A stretch of DNA of 48,941 bases, taken from the NCBI GenBank assembly GCA_049999805.1, contig JBNGIO010006268.1:1-48941 (forward strand), given 5' to 3'. A program made the translations under genes and the position numbers. Positions 35,501-45,637 of this stretch are shown piece by piece; the stretch's first letter is position 1; each line of letters begins with the position of its first letter. A model generated the notes under the pieces. That model saw only the letters and a list, made by a program, of their open reading frames with translations, made no database searches and was not told where the DNA came from. This DNA comes from Folioceros fuciformis (taxonomy: Eukaryota).

Positions 35501-36984
35501 GTACGGGACATAGAAGACCTTCGAGCACTGACAGAAACATTCACTGAAGCGCTTGTCCACGGGCTATGAGCAAGCACTATGCTGAGAAAAAAACATCCGA
35601 CGAAAGGTTTTAAATGAAACTTGGAATCCTCGTCTTTGAATTCTGCGCACCAACCAGGGCCCCACCTTTCGTATGGATACAGAATCTGGACATGTCACTA
35701 GAAGGTTAACGATGCTTTTGGATATGCTCTCCTCATGTGGACGGATGCAATCCGCAAAACTTCTCAGGAGATACGTAAGAAATGAAACGGTCTGCAAGAG
35801 CCCACAGTAAATAGTGAGTTTTCCATTGTACCTAGACCACGTCAAGAGAAGAAAGCAGAGTTTGTCAATCCTGTGAGCCGACCTTGACTTGAGCCCCTTT
35901 CAGCTCTGCAAAAGTGTTCTTGAGGTTAGGCGGCACTTGCTGCGGCCCGGTGATTGAGATCGCCGTGACCATCAAAGGCAATAAGACTGGTATGTTGGCC
36001 TGGACATAACGGGGATATAGCTGGAAGAGGAACATAACAATGAGGGGGCACTCCGTGACAACTTTAAAAGAGCGGGAACTTGGATTCAGCTGCCCCGGTA
36101 TAGGTCCCCCAGGCTGCGATCGCTGAGCACCCATGAAGCCCATATTGTGCTGTGAAGTAGAAAGCTGCTCCGCACCACCTGCGTCCTCAAAGAAGTAACC
36201 AACTGTATTTTTGAAGTTCTGATAGATCTGCAGCCATAAATGCAACAAGCACACCAGAAAGTGCGATAAGCATCAACTTCTAGGGTTTTCCAGCCCACCA
36301 CAACAGCACAGGGGACGTCTGCCCATGGCCCAGCCTTCAACCAGCTTCTACCCAAGCAAGCCACAAACACGTTCATTCAGTGCAGCCAAGACAAAGGACA
36401 CAAGCAGGTCAAGGAACACAGAAACAGAAACCATCACCTTGCAGACGAAGTCTAAAAAGGGCTGCACTTCCGGCTCCAGAGCGGGTCGGAAATTCTTATG
36501 CAGATCAAAGATAATCCGCAGACAAATAAGGCCGTTCTCTTCATTATCGTTGGAGAGCACGTGCATGGACAGCTTGAGCAAGTCCTGAACGAACGGCCTG
36601 ATGACCTCGCTGTGCGGCAGCCGGTTGAGAACCTCGATTACCACATTTCTAAGCTTGTGCTCCACGCTGTCAGTGGTCTGAGGCTTGGTGAGCTGAGTGA
36701 GAAGCGTGGAAAAGACTCTGAAATAGCTCTTGAGAAAATTCAAGTACTCAGAAGTGTGCACAATCTCGATGCTGTCCCGCACTTCGGTGGCCAATTGGAG
36801 CCGATTTTGCATAGCTGCCAGCAGTGAAGTCAAGGCAAACAAGGGTCCGCCAAACCAAACCCATGCACAACCTCCACAACACTCCCAATTCACTCCAGCA
36901 CACACCACCAGCATGGGAAAGGATACGCAGGTCGGCTTCCAGGAATTTCCTGGCATGTAGGTCGAAATTAGCTATGGGAATCAT
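20563..36984 (-). CDS. TRA1: TRA1/TRRAP, PIKK-family pseudokinase scaffold of SAGA/NuA4, ~35 exons
   Basis: N-terminus [55 protein letters not shown] repeats, [17 protein letters not shown] domain ([10 protein letters not shown]), pseudokinase ([24 protein letters not shown]) and FATC ending TWHPWF* (stop at 20563). GT-AG junctions were followed by eye along the gene. Confidence 0.97.
23066..23263 (-). repeat. Coding hexanucleotide repeat (CAGGCC)n encoding ~33 Gln-Ala-type dipeptides in TRA1
   Basis: In-frame within the TRA1 exon at ~23336-22651: [15 protein letters not shown]...[19 protein letters not shown]...QARVQA. Confidence 0.95.
27272..27377. other. Assembly gap (10 N) with a duplicated ~47-bp flank inside a TRA1 exon
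   Basis: TGTACATAGCTGCCATCTCTTTATCCTTGGGTTCAGTGACCAGGGAA occurs on both sides of the Ns, duplicating [15 protein letters not shown]. Confidence 0.85.
36815..36926 (-). other. U12-type (minor spliceosome) GT-AG intron, first intron of TRA1
   Basis: 5' site GTATCCTTT. A branch-point-like TGCCTTGAC ends 14 nt before the 3' end of the intron, with no strong pyrimidine tract. Splicing restores the frame (CTG C|CT ATG). Confidence 0.85.
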
Positions 36985-37768
36985 GTTGGACGATTCCGAT
37001 CGCGCTGCCTCTCCGGAAGGTAGCCGCTCCTGGACGCCACCAATCTAGCTTAGCTTGGTGCTGAGAAAGCGTGGATTACGCACCGCCCCCGGCCCTGGCA
37101 ACGACTGTGCGCTCGTGCTCGTGCTCAGGCTCCTCGTTCCAACAGTCGGTACGCTGGGTGTGAAGGCGACTCAGCTTGCTCCTGCGCCCCCAGGAGGCCG
37201 CCGCCATCCTCCCTCTCTCCTCTTCTTTGTGCTCATGGCAGGCCAACAAGGCCCCAGCAGCTTGCCTCCCCCCCCCCAGGCCAGGCCAGGCAACAACACG
37301 CCCACGCGAGGGAACCAGGGACTTATACTTTTGCCTTTGAACCACACTTGTGAAAGCGAATCCTACGATGCTTCCGCAAACTCATGTCTCCGCGTTCCAT
37401 AACCCAACCTTGTTTTTCCTTTCCCAGCTTTTAAAACAACAGGGGGGGGGGGACCAGCTTTCAAAAGTCGGCCACCTTTTCAATCAAATAATCGTTATGA
37501 TTATCAAACAAAGCAGTCTAACCATCACCATCGACTTATGCACAACAAGTGGGTGCAGAAAGAGTCAAATGGATGGACAAAGCGATTAGGTTTGATATCT
37601 TCCCACGAAAAACAACAGAAGCTCAAAAGGCTTGATAGATGATCCACACTAACAATCTCTTCACCATTGGAACATCTAGATTTCTCCCAAGTCCATATCT
37701 ACAAACAAGTATGGTGCACAAGCACCAAAAAAAACTCCCCTATCCTAGGGGAATTGTATCTTCGTTTG

Positions 37769-38351
37769 CTAGTCTATTTGCTGGAAAGTTGCAATGATCT
37801 CCCTTTCGAAAGGGGACGATATTTTTCCATAATCACTAGGCACCAAGCTGATCTCACCTGCACAATTAACATCCTCCGGACATAGACCTTGTGGTGTGAC
37901 GATAAGGAAGGCTCCATGGACACAAGGATCAACCACCCATCCCTGTGCTGGCCCTACACAAGCCATCTTGTAAGCATGGCCACACCACCTTGGCAACACC
38001 CCTGCAAGAACCTGTGAGAGAGCGACTCTTACAGCATCTGGAGGGATATTGGGACAATCATTCACTGCAATGCAATGTGAAAGTGAAGAGGATGGATTAG
38101 AGTTAGAGATCAATCACTGAATGGAAATGCTAAAACCTGGCCACAAGAAAATTCACACACACAACCATACCTGTCCTGAACTTTTCAAGAGGAGGGAATT
38201 GTGAAGCCGTGACATTGACATCAAGAGGTCGTAAAGCTCTCATATTGATATCACGTGCTCCATCAATATGCAAAGCAGATGCAAACACCAACACCAAGAT
38301 AAGACAAATCTTGACCATAGCATTTGAAGAACTAAGAGAGATAGCCATCAT
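37769..38351 (-). CDS. Secreted EG45-like/plant natriuretic peptide-like (DPBB, expansin domain-1-like) protein; exons 38351-38171 and 38064-37769
   Basis: Signal peptide (MVKICLILVLVFASALHIDGA) and a phase-1 GT-AG intron. The Cys pattern C..WCGHAYKMAC...DPC..G..LIV..GLCP...C.GEISL...YGKI....I...FQQID matches the EG45-like spacing. Confidence 0.7.
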
Positions 38352-38889
38352 GACAAGAAAGAACTTGAGATGAAACAGAAAACTCTGTGCCTTTGGGTTG
38401 CATGTTGCTGAACATATATAGTCTTTGTAAGCTGTCTTATCTCGATTGTATTGAGAAGATTTTTTTTTTTTGGTCTTACTTCAATCATTTTTTTTTTTTT
38501 TGCCTTACTTCGATCAAAGTAACTCCTAAGAGATATATAACCCAAGTCCATCAATGCATTAAAAAAAGTGCTATTTTTTTATCATGATTATTTCCTACCA
38601 ACGTTTTATTTAATAAATTTACTTGGTCTATCCATCGTATCTTTTCCTGGACACTGCGGCATACACACATCCAGTGCGGTTTCTTTCGCTTTACTACATG
38701 TAGTGTGGTTTGCCCTACCAGCCTAGGTGAGCTGTGTGCAAAATGACTATTTTTAGATGGCTATCTTCTCTTTCTCCTCTCCAGGGCTCTTCAGAGGACG
38801 GTAGCACCAGGGTTCCATTCTTCGTCAGATAATCATCTGAGCAAACTAGCAGACTGGCGTCCGCAAGGAATAATTCGGCTACGGAAAGA

Positions 38890-39240
38890 ATTATGCAATT
38901 CCAACTCATTGTGCACAGCACAAGGACCAGATCTCTGCGTCTCCACTCATTGGAGCGGATCATGAGGAAGATAATTCTGGTGTTAAACCCCTGCATGGAG
39001 GGGAATGTTGAACAAAGAAGCAGAAGCTGGTCCGGACATCAAGGGAACCTGTGCCACAAGGTTCGTGTGAAACAGGATCTCCACAAGGTACTGGTCAGCC
39101 TCAAACCACCTGCACGCTGTCAGCATGTACCAAAGCTTTGGTGGTTCCTCACCTTGCCCATTCCAGAACTTGAAAGAAGCTGGCAGGGACTTTGCCGTGA
39201 GCATGATCCACGCGTACAAGAATTGTCTCAAGGACGAGAC
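38890..39240 (-). pseudogene. Degenerate third GT47 fragment
   Basis: Matches the neighbouring GT47 genes (RWFEADQYLVEILFH, PASASLFNIPLHAG vs RWFETLQYSLEVLFH, PASASLFYIPFYAG; RRRDLVLVLCTMSW vs GGRDHVLVLGKITW), with frameshifts and deletions. Confidence 0.8.
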
Positions 39241-39274
39241 TTTTACCAACGATATTCGAGTGTTTCAATATATT

Positions 39275-41059
39275 TTACATGCTTGAAGCTTGCATATTAG
39301 CCCGATGAATCATGTTGTGGAGACTTACATCAAACGCATCTGCGAACTCAGAAAGCTTTGCACCTGGCTGGGCATACAGCAGGCGAGGCATAATTTCCAG
39401 CAGAATGGTTTTCCTCATCTGTTCCACTTTAGACTCTGGCACCTGTTGGAGTCTGGACACGACATCCACAGCCCCCGTCCGCACATCTTCGTGAGGAATA
39501 TATACTGAGTAGGAATGATAATCCTGTGGGAGGTGCCACGGATATTGAGCATAAGCAGAAACGGGATCAAAAAGCACGGGGATGCAGCCAGCGATAAGGG
39601 AGTCAAAGATAGACCGCCTGGTCAGGCTGTCTCCACTTGGTTGCATACAGTAGTGCGAGTTGAGAAAGAGCTTCATTGTGGACGCAGGCTTAAGACAGAG
39701 ATGCTTGTGGCACCTCAATATCCGACACAGACTCACATTCCTCTTCGCTTCACACTGTTGGATAAGCCGAGTACGGATGCTGTCGGGGTCATCAGGCCTT
39801 GGCATCCCCGCGAAGCTGACCAAACTGTCTCTGGTGCTGTGAAGTGCAAACTGCTGCCACATCCTGATGTCGTCGTCTGAGGAAGGGTGAAAATAGGTTG
39901 GATAGGGCACTCCGATATCGTTTTCATCCCAGGGGTTCCTTTCAATCAAGAGCCTTGTTAGGTTGCTCATCTGAGGAAACTTGAGCAAGGAGCTGCCCCA
40001 GGACGTACTCCGGTTGTCCCATCGTCTGAGATCCCAACTGATTGTTCCGACCAGGAGGACATGGTCTCTCCCACCTTTCCGATGCCACCATGTCTGCGCC
40101 TCCAGCCAGCGGACCAGATCATGAGACAGCTGATCCCGCAGTTCAGCAGTGGCGTTGGAAGCAAAGTTCCAATGCAAAACATCAATCCCTGCGTAGTAGG
40201 GGATGTAGAACAAAGAAGCAGAAGCTGGATCGGACGTCAGGCATCTGTAATGCAGAAGCTTAGCATGAAACAGGATCTCCAGAATGAACTGAAAAGTCTC
40301 ATACCATCTCCCAGCAGGTTGCAAAGCTTCGTCATGCGTCGTCACCTTCCCCATTCCAGAGTTCGAGAAAAACTCGCAAAGACTGTGCCAGGGCACGATC
40401 GTGCTACAACTGGCAGCTAAATCCGCATTAAACCTGCTCGGCAGATCATACACATATACGCGCCTCCCATCACAAGATTCGGCACCGGTATAACCTTTCA
40501 TAACTGTATCTCCCGAAATGCGGAGCTTGTCCACATTTACCATTACCTCTGATCGCCTGCCAGGTCTGCTTGTCTGAAGCTTCTCATCTCTGACATTAGA
40601 GCTTTTCTCGTCCACCGGCCCGCTGCTTCCATGCTCCGCACTCTGCCTTCCCTCTGCCACTGATCCAGTACTGCCAATGGCACTCGAGGTCTCCTCCTCT
40701 GTCCCCTCCGTTCCAGAGGAAATCAAAACATTCACATCTCCAATCTCGTCAGCGGAATCATGTCCCTGCACGCTTCCCTCTTGCCAAGAATGCGGAGTAG
40801 TCTGCTCTACAGAACCTGCATTCACATCGCGCGCGAGACTGTTCCCGTCATTGTGAACGGCATCCGAGTCTACTCGACGCGCAGCATTCGTGTCACGCGC
40901 ATCGAACCACGAATAACACGACTCCCCGCACGGCACCGAGAGCTGCGCAATCATCAAGACGCTCCAACCGCAATATACTATTACCAGAAACATGGATGGG
41001 ACGAGCAGCATTCGCACAAGGCGAACCGGGATCGAAGAGTGACGCTTCATGAGCCCCAT
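39275..41059 (-). CDS. GT47 exostosin-family glycosyltransferase, MUR3/KATAMARI1-like (xyloglucan side-chain clade), single exon
   Basis: Type II TM anchor, Ser-rich stem, CDGRRVYVYDLPSRFN, GGRDHVLLVGTISWD, PYPTYFHP, YCMQPSGDSLTRRSIFDSLIAGCIPVLF, SAYAQYPWHLP. First ATG at 41059; the ORF-track start is a TTG. Confidence 0.92.
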   Translation of the reverse strand: MGLMKRHSSIPVRLVRMLLVPSMFLVIVYCGWSVLMIAQLSVPCGESCYSWFDARDTNAARRVDSDAVHNDGNSLARDVNAGSVEQTTPHSWQEGSVQGHDSADEIGDVNVLISSGTEGTEEETSSAIGSTGSVAEGRQSAEHGSSGPVDEKSSNVRDEKLQTSRPGRRSEVMVNVDKLRISGDTVMKGYTGAESCDGRRVYVYDLPSRFNADLAASCSTIVPWHSLCEFFSNSGMGKVTTHDEALQPAGRWYETFQFILEILFHAKLLHYRCLTSDPASASLFYIPYYAGIDVLHWNFASNATAELRDQLSHDLVRWLEAQTWWHRKGGRDHVLLVGTISWDLRRWDNRSTSWGSSLLKFPQMSNLTRLLIERNPWDENDIGVPYPTYFHPSSDDDIRMWQQFALHSTRDSLVSFAGMPRPDDPDSIRTRLIQQCEAKRNVSLCRILRCHKHLCLKPASTMKLFLNSHYCMQPSGDSLTRRSIFDSLIAGCIPVLFDPVSAYAQYPWHLPQDYHSYSVYIPHEDVRTGAVDVVSRLQQVPESKVEQMRKTILLEIMPRLLYAQPGAKLSEFADAFDVSLHNMIHRANMQASSM

Positions 41060-41552
41060 GGAGGCCCCCGGCAGCAACGCCGCCAGCCTCCCTCCACCCT
41101 TCCGCCTCCCACGTCTCGAGAGATCATACCCAGTTCCTGGATAACATTCATGGACGCGGAGTGCACACACGTTTCTGGCAGAGTCTCGAGTCCCGGCGTC
41201 CCGAATCGTTGAAAGCGCCGACAACCCGGTTCATGGCCGACAAAGGCGCCCAGTTTCGCTCAACCCGGTCTTGGCCTTTTACTCCACTTGCTGCTCAAGA
41301 CAAAAAAGGCCACCAAGCTGTCACGAAGGCTACATCAACCCGCGATCTGTTCAATAATTATATGACTTTCTTTGCTCACATATCATACGTCCTTGGAGCT
41401 ACAAGCCCGCCAATTGGTTCATTGCCATTTCCTCAAAAGCTGGTCTCACAACCCAATCAGTTAATAAAATCTAGATCAACAACCACCATCGCTAACACGA
41501 AGGTTCCAAGACATTTCTACCAACCAAGGACTCCACAATCCGATCTACCAAC

Positions 41553-41642
41553 TCATGCTATGGGGCAGAAGCAAAATCCCAAGCATCACTATTGGAATCA
41601 TGCTATGGGGCAGAAGCAAAATCCCAAGCATCACTATTGGAA
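41553..41642. repeat. Perfect 45-bp tandem repeat x2
   Basis: TCATGCTATGGGGCAGAAGCAAAATCCCAAGCATCACTATTGGAA occurs twice; the minus strand reads SNSDAWDFASAP*. Confidence 0.9.
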
Positions 41643-41658
41643 TCTGAATCCATTCCAT

Positions 41659-42105
41659 TCAATATGGGGAAGGAGAGAAATCCCAAGCATCAGACTCCGT
41701 AGTGTTCACAATTGTGCTGTTATTAACATTGGGAATGAAATCCGAATCCTCATATGCTGAAGGAGAATCCATGGACAGGGGCTCCTCATAGTAAGAAGCA
41801 TAGGGGGCCTCAACATCGAATGTGCTGTTATCCACGTATGGAGCCGAGGTGTCATTGAACTCCTCCATCACCGAGATTGCTGGATCATAGACTGCAACTG
41901 TGTGGGCCCGGCCTGTGACATGCACAACCATAATTCATTCATACCTAAAGACACACTCATCTAAACACAAATCTAAGAACACCCAACAAAACCAAACTAA
42001 TTTCTTACCAGGCCTACTGGAAGGCATGCCCCTTCCAGCAATCAGAATCAAGATAGAACCATTGAGCATCATCAGAAGTAATATAATGAAGATTAACTTG
42101 TTCAT
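41659..42105 (-). CDS. Small secreted acidic protein / putative peptide precursor (116 aa); exons 42105-42009 and 41912-41659
   Basis: Signal peptide MNKLIFIILLLMMLNGSILILIAG. The donor CCTG|gtaaga and acceptor tcacag|GC give an in-frame phase-1 splice (97+254 = 351 nt) into an acidic, Ser/Pro/Tyr-rich ORF ending ESDAWDFSPSPY*. Confidence 0.65.
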
Positions 42106-42949
42106 CGTGTCTGACTTGGGCTCTGACACACACCACAAGTGAATGAAATTAATGAGAAGATAGAACACAAATCTTCATTGTTCGTTCTTCTTCAAATGAT
42201 CAATCTCCTTAAGAATGTTCTTAACTGCTTCGTGGTAATTATGCGGTGAACTTCTCTAACAAACCAGAATATTTTTCTTCTCGCAAAAGTCTCACACGAA
42301 AGAAAGACAATGAACACCTTGGCTGCAACTTCTTATATATTGTAAAGGATTCCAAGTATGAAAGTCTACTCACTTTTAGTTGGAAGTATCCAAGTAAGAA
42401 ATGTTAGTTCTTGCATAAGAAGTAAGTATTTTTTAACTATAGATTGATTAGTAAACTGCTTTACTATTATGGGGTGACATGTATTCAATTTTATCTTTTC
42501 CTTATGCAATATTTGTTCCTTATCCTCCACATCTCCATCTTCTTATATATGTAGAAGATTCTAAATAAAAATATGTATTTAATTCTAGTTCTTCTAATAG
42601 TAATATTTATTTATTAATTACTATAAATAATATGATATGTTATTTTTAGATGTCTCTACTCCACAAACATAAGTGGTAGCCACTATAGGTAAATCCTCTA
42701 AGATTCCTTTGTTTCTAAGCCCATTCGAGTTCATCTTTGGTCTTGTATGAAAAAGGGTCAATTTTAGTTTTTTAATTACCATAGATTTAATTGATGGCAT
42801 GAAGATGGACATTTTTTGGGTCATACTTGGCTTCCATGTTGGTAGATGAACAACATAAATTATATTATATTTAGATAAGATATATATATATATATTATTT
42901 AACCTAAAAAATAAGAAAAAAGAAATAGAAAAAGTAGCCATTTAGGAAC

Positions 42950-43640
42950 AACGTTGGTTTGAGTACCAAGCAAGTAAGCTCCATGTAGAGGCATGTTTAG
43001 CAGAGCAGGTTACTAAGAGCATGAGCTCCATGCAGAGGCATGTTTAGCAGAGCAGGTTACTAAGAGCATGAGAAGCATGCAGCCCTAGGAAAAAGTATGT
43101 GGTAGTGAATAATAGCTTAAGGCTTAAGTAAGTGCTTAAGTAAGTAGTTGCTAAGTTAGTGATTTGAGCTTGTGTATAAAAGGGGACCTAACCAAGGGCT
43201 AAGGGAAGTTCAGTACAGTGGAGTTGAGATCAGTATCTCCTCAAAGCCTTGAGTTGAGATCAGTATCTCCTCAAAGCCTTGAGAGCATTGGGTGCTTGGG
43301 CTCAAAGCCCNNNNNNNNNNGGGTGCTTGGGCTCAAAGCCTAATATCTCCTCAAAGCCTTGAGAGCACTAGGTGCTTGGGCTCAAAGCCTTGAGAGCACT
43401 CGGTGCTTGGGCTATGCCTTGATGCTTGGGCTATGCCTTGAGAGCATGTGTTGCTTGGGCTGTGAGAGTACATGAAAGGTGTTGTGAAGGAGCTGTGGGG
43501 GAGGCTAGAGAAGGGAGAGCTAAACTCCTAGCTTAGGCAAAGATGGGGAGTTCTCTCTAGCCCTCCAGCTCTGTAGTTTTAAAAAACTGACCCCTTCTAA
43601 CTACGTGGTTCTGCCCCACCCCCGTTGAAGGGGGTGTTAC
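42950..43640. mobile_element. Repeat-rich LTR-like remnant (possible solo LTR)
   Basis: Internal tandem repeats (~47 bp x2 at ~42977-43071; 30 bp x2 at 43221-43280; GGTGCTTGGGCT arrays), TATAAAAGGG at ~43175, and an end GGGGGTGTTAC resembling an LTR 3' terminus. No TSD or coding remnant was confirmed, and the patch contains an N-gap. Confidence 0.4.
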
Positions 43641-43804
43641 TATTTGGTTGATTTATTAACTTGTTCAAATTATGATTTTGAACTGAACACCAAGCTTGGG
43701 ATGGAGTATTTCTCCAACAAGTGCCTACACACAATCCGGTCCCGGGGGTTCATCCACATGGAAAGGAGACTCACACGCGACCGTCTATTGCTCGTGGAGA
43801 AAGT

Positions 43805-45637
43805 TTATATATCTGAAGATCGAGCATGAGCCCTGTGAATCATGTTTTGCAGGCTGATATCAAAGGCATCCTTAAATACAGAAAGGGTTGCACCAGGCTG
43901 TGCATACAGCAGGTGAGGCATGATTTCAAGCAGAATAGTTCTCCTCATTTGTTCCAATTTAGACTCCGGCACCTGTTGGAGTATGGACACGACATCCGCC
44001 ATCCCCTTCCTCACATCCTCCTGAGGAATGTATACTGAGTAAGAATCGGAATCCTTTGGCAGGTGCCACGGATATTGAGCATAAGCGGAATAGGGATCGA
44101 AAAGAACTGGAATACAGCCAGCGATGAGGGAGTCAAAGATAGACCGTCTGGTGGGACTGTCTCCCCCTGGTTGCAAACAGAAGTGCGAATTCAGGAAGAC
44201 CTTCATGGTGGCCTCCGGCTTAAAACAGAGATGTTTGTGGCACTTCAATACCCGACACAGACTCACATTCCCCTTCTCTTCACACTGTTGAATAAGCCGA
44301 GTACGGATGTTGTTGGGGTCACCAGGCCTAGGCATCCCCGCGAAGCTGACAAGACTGTCTCTGGGACTGTTCAGTGCAAGCTGCTGCCATAACCTGATGT
44401 CGTCATCTGAGGAAGGGTGGAAATAGGTTGGATGAGGCACTCCGATATCGTTCACGTGCCAGGGGTCCCGTTCTATCAAGAGCTTTGTTAGGTTCTGCAT
44501 CTGAGGAAGATTGAGCATGCAGCTGCCCCAGGACTTAGTTTTGTTGTCTACCCTTCTGAAATCCCAGGTGATTTTGCCCAGCACAAGAACGTGATCTCTC
44601 CCACCTTTCTGATGCCACCATGTCTGCATCTCCAGCCACTGGACCAGATCGTGGGACAGTTGATCCCGCTGTTGAGTAGTAGTGTTGGAGGCAAAGTTCC
44701 AGTGCAAAACATCAAGCCCTGCATAGAAGGGGATGTAGAACAAAGAGGCAGAAGCTGGATCGGATGTCAGGCACCTGTAGTGCAGAAGTTTAGCATGAAA
44801 CAGGACCTCCAGAGAGTATTGGAGAGTCTCAAACCACCTGCCAGGAGGTACCAAAGCCTGATCATACCTCACCTTGCCCATTCCAGAATTGGAAAAGAAC
44901 ACGCAAAGACTGTGCCAGGGCATGATCGTGCTACAATTAGCAACCAAATCCACGTTGAACTTACTCGGCAGATCATAGACGTACACGTATCTCTTATCGC
45001 AAGACTCGGAACCTGTGGAATTCTGCCTGACTGTAAGAGGAGCTCCGGAAATACGGATCTTTTTCAGTTCGGCCATCACACCTGCGAGCACCTCGTGTTC
45101 CGACGACCTGCCACTGCTTCGTGCATGAAGCTTCGAATCTCTTCTAGTGTTTTCCTCGTCAGGCGTCCTGTAGCTTCCTTGCTCCCCACTGTGTTTTCCC
45201 TCCGGCGCTCTGGCCGACCGATAAGCTTGCGAGCGCAGTAATCCCATACTCCCACTCGAATACGATGCTTTCCCTTTGTCCGGATCCTCAAACGAAGAGG
45301 AAGTCAGGAGACTGACATCTCCAACAAGGTTGAAGGCGTGATGCATTCCATGCACGTTTCCCACTGGCCAAGAATCTAGAGGGTGTTCGACAGAACCTGT
45401 CTCAAGATCGATCGCCACAGAATTTCCAGCCATGTGCACAGCAACTGGGTCCGCTTGAAGAGCAGGGTTGATGGCAAACATATCTAACCAGGTATAACAT
45501 GATTCCCAACACGGAAACAAGAGCGGGGCAATAATCAAGACACTCCAAACACATACTGCGATCACCAGAAACATCGAAGGGACAACCAGCATCCGCCTAA
45601 GGCGCGCGGTGAAAGAGCTTTGACGCTTCAGCCCCAT
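43805..45637 (-). CDS. GT47 exostosin-family glycosyltransferase, MUR3/KATAMARI1-like, single exon (tandem paralog)
   Basis: YVYVYDLPSKFN, GGRDHVLVLGKITWDFRR, VPHPTYFHP, FCLQPGGDSPTRRSIFDSLIAGCIPVLF. The ATG at 45637 (MGLKRQSS) aligns with the paralog's MGLMKRHSS. Confidence 0.92.
   Translation of the reverse strand: MGLKRQSSFTARLRRMLVVPSMFLVIAVCVWSVLIIAPLLFPCWESCYTWLDMFAINPALQADPVAVHMAGNSVAIDLETGSVEHPLDSWPVGNVHGMHHAFNLVGDVSLLTSSSFEDPDKGKASYSSGSMGLLRSQAYRSARAPEGKHSGEQGSYRTPDEENTRRDSKLHARSSGRSSEHEVLAGVMAELKKIRISGAPLTVRQNSTGSESCDKRYVYVYDLPSKFNVDLVANCSTIMPWHSLCVFFSNSGMGKVRYDQALVPPGRWFETLQYSLEVLFHAKLLHYRCLTSDPASASLFYIPFYAGLDVLHWNFASNTTTQQRDQLSHDLVQWLEMQTWWHQKGGRDHVLVLGKITWDFRRVDNKTKSWGSCMLNLPQMQNLTKLLIERDPWHVNDIGVPHPTYFHPSSDDDIRLWQQLALNSPRDSLVSFAGMPRPGDPNNIRTRLIQQCEEKGNVSLCRVLKCHKHLCFKPEATMKVFLNSHFCLQPGGDSPTRRSIFDSLIAGCIPVLFDPYSAYAQYPWHLPKDSDSYSVYIPQEDVRKGMADVVSILQQVPESKLEQMRRTILLEIMPHLLYAQPGATLSVFKDAFDISLQNMIHRAHARSSDI

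Noticed and set aside
41060-41224. N-terminal extensions of the GT47, TBP-like and lipase ORFs shown in the ORF track
   Set aside because: The GT47 and TBP-like extensions start at non-ATG codons, and none shows family similarity. The paralogous GT47 ATGs align at the shorter start.
41161-41760. 199-aa plus-strand ORF with HAMGQKQNPKHHYWN x2
   Set aside because: GTG start and no recognisable features. It is better explained as antisense to the secreted-protein gene, its 45-bp repeat and the GT47-B upstream region.
43499-43566. Imperfect hairpin (GGAGGCTAGAGA...TCTCTAGCCCTCC) as a possible miRNA precursor
   Set aside because: The stem is short and bulged and sits inside the LTR-like repeat patch.
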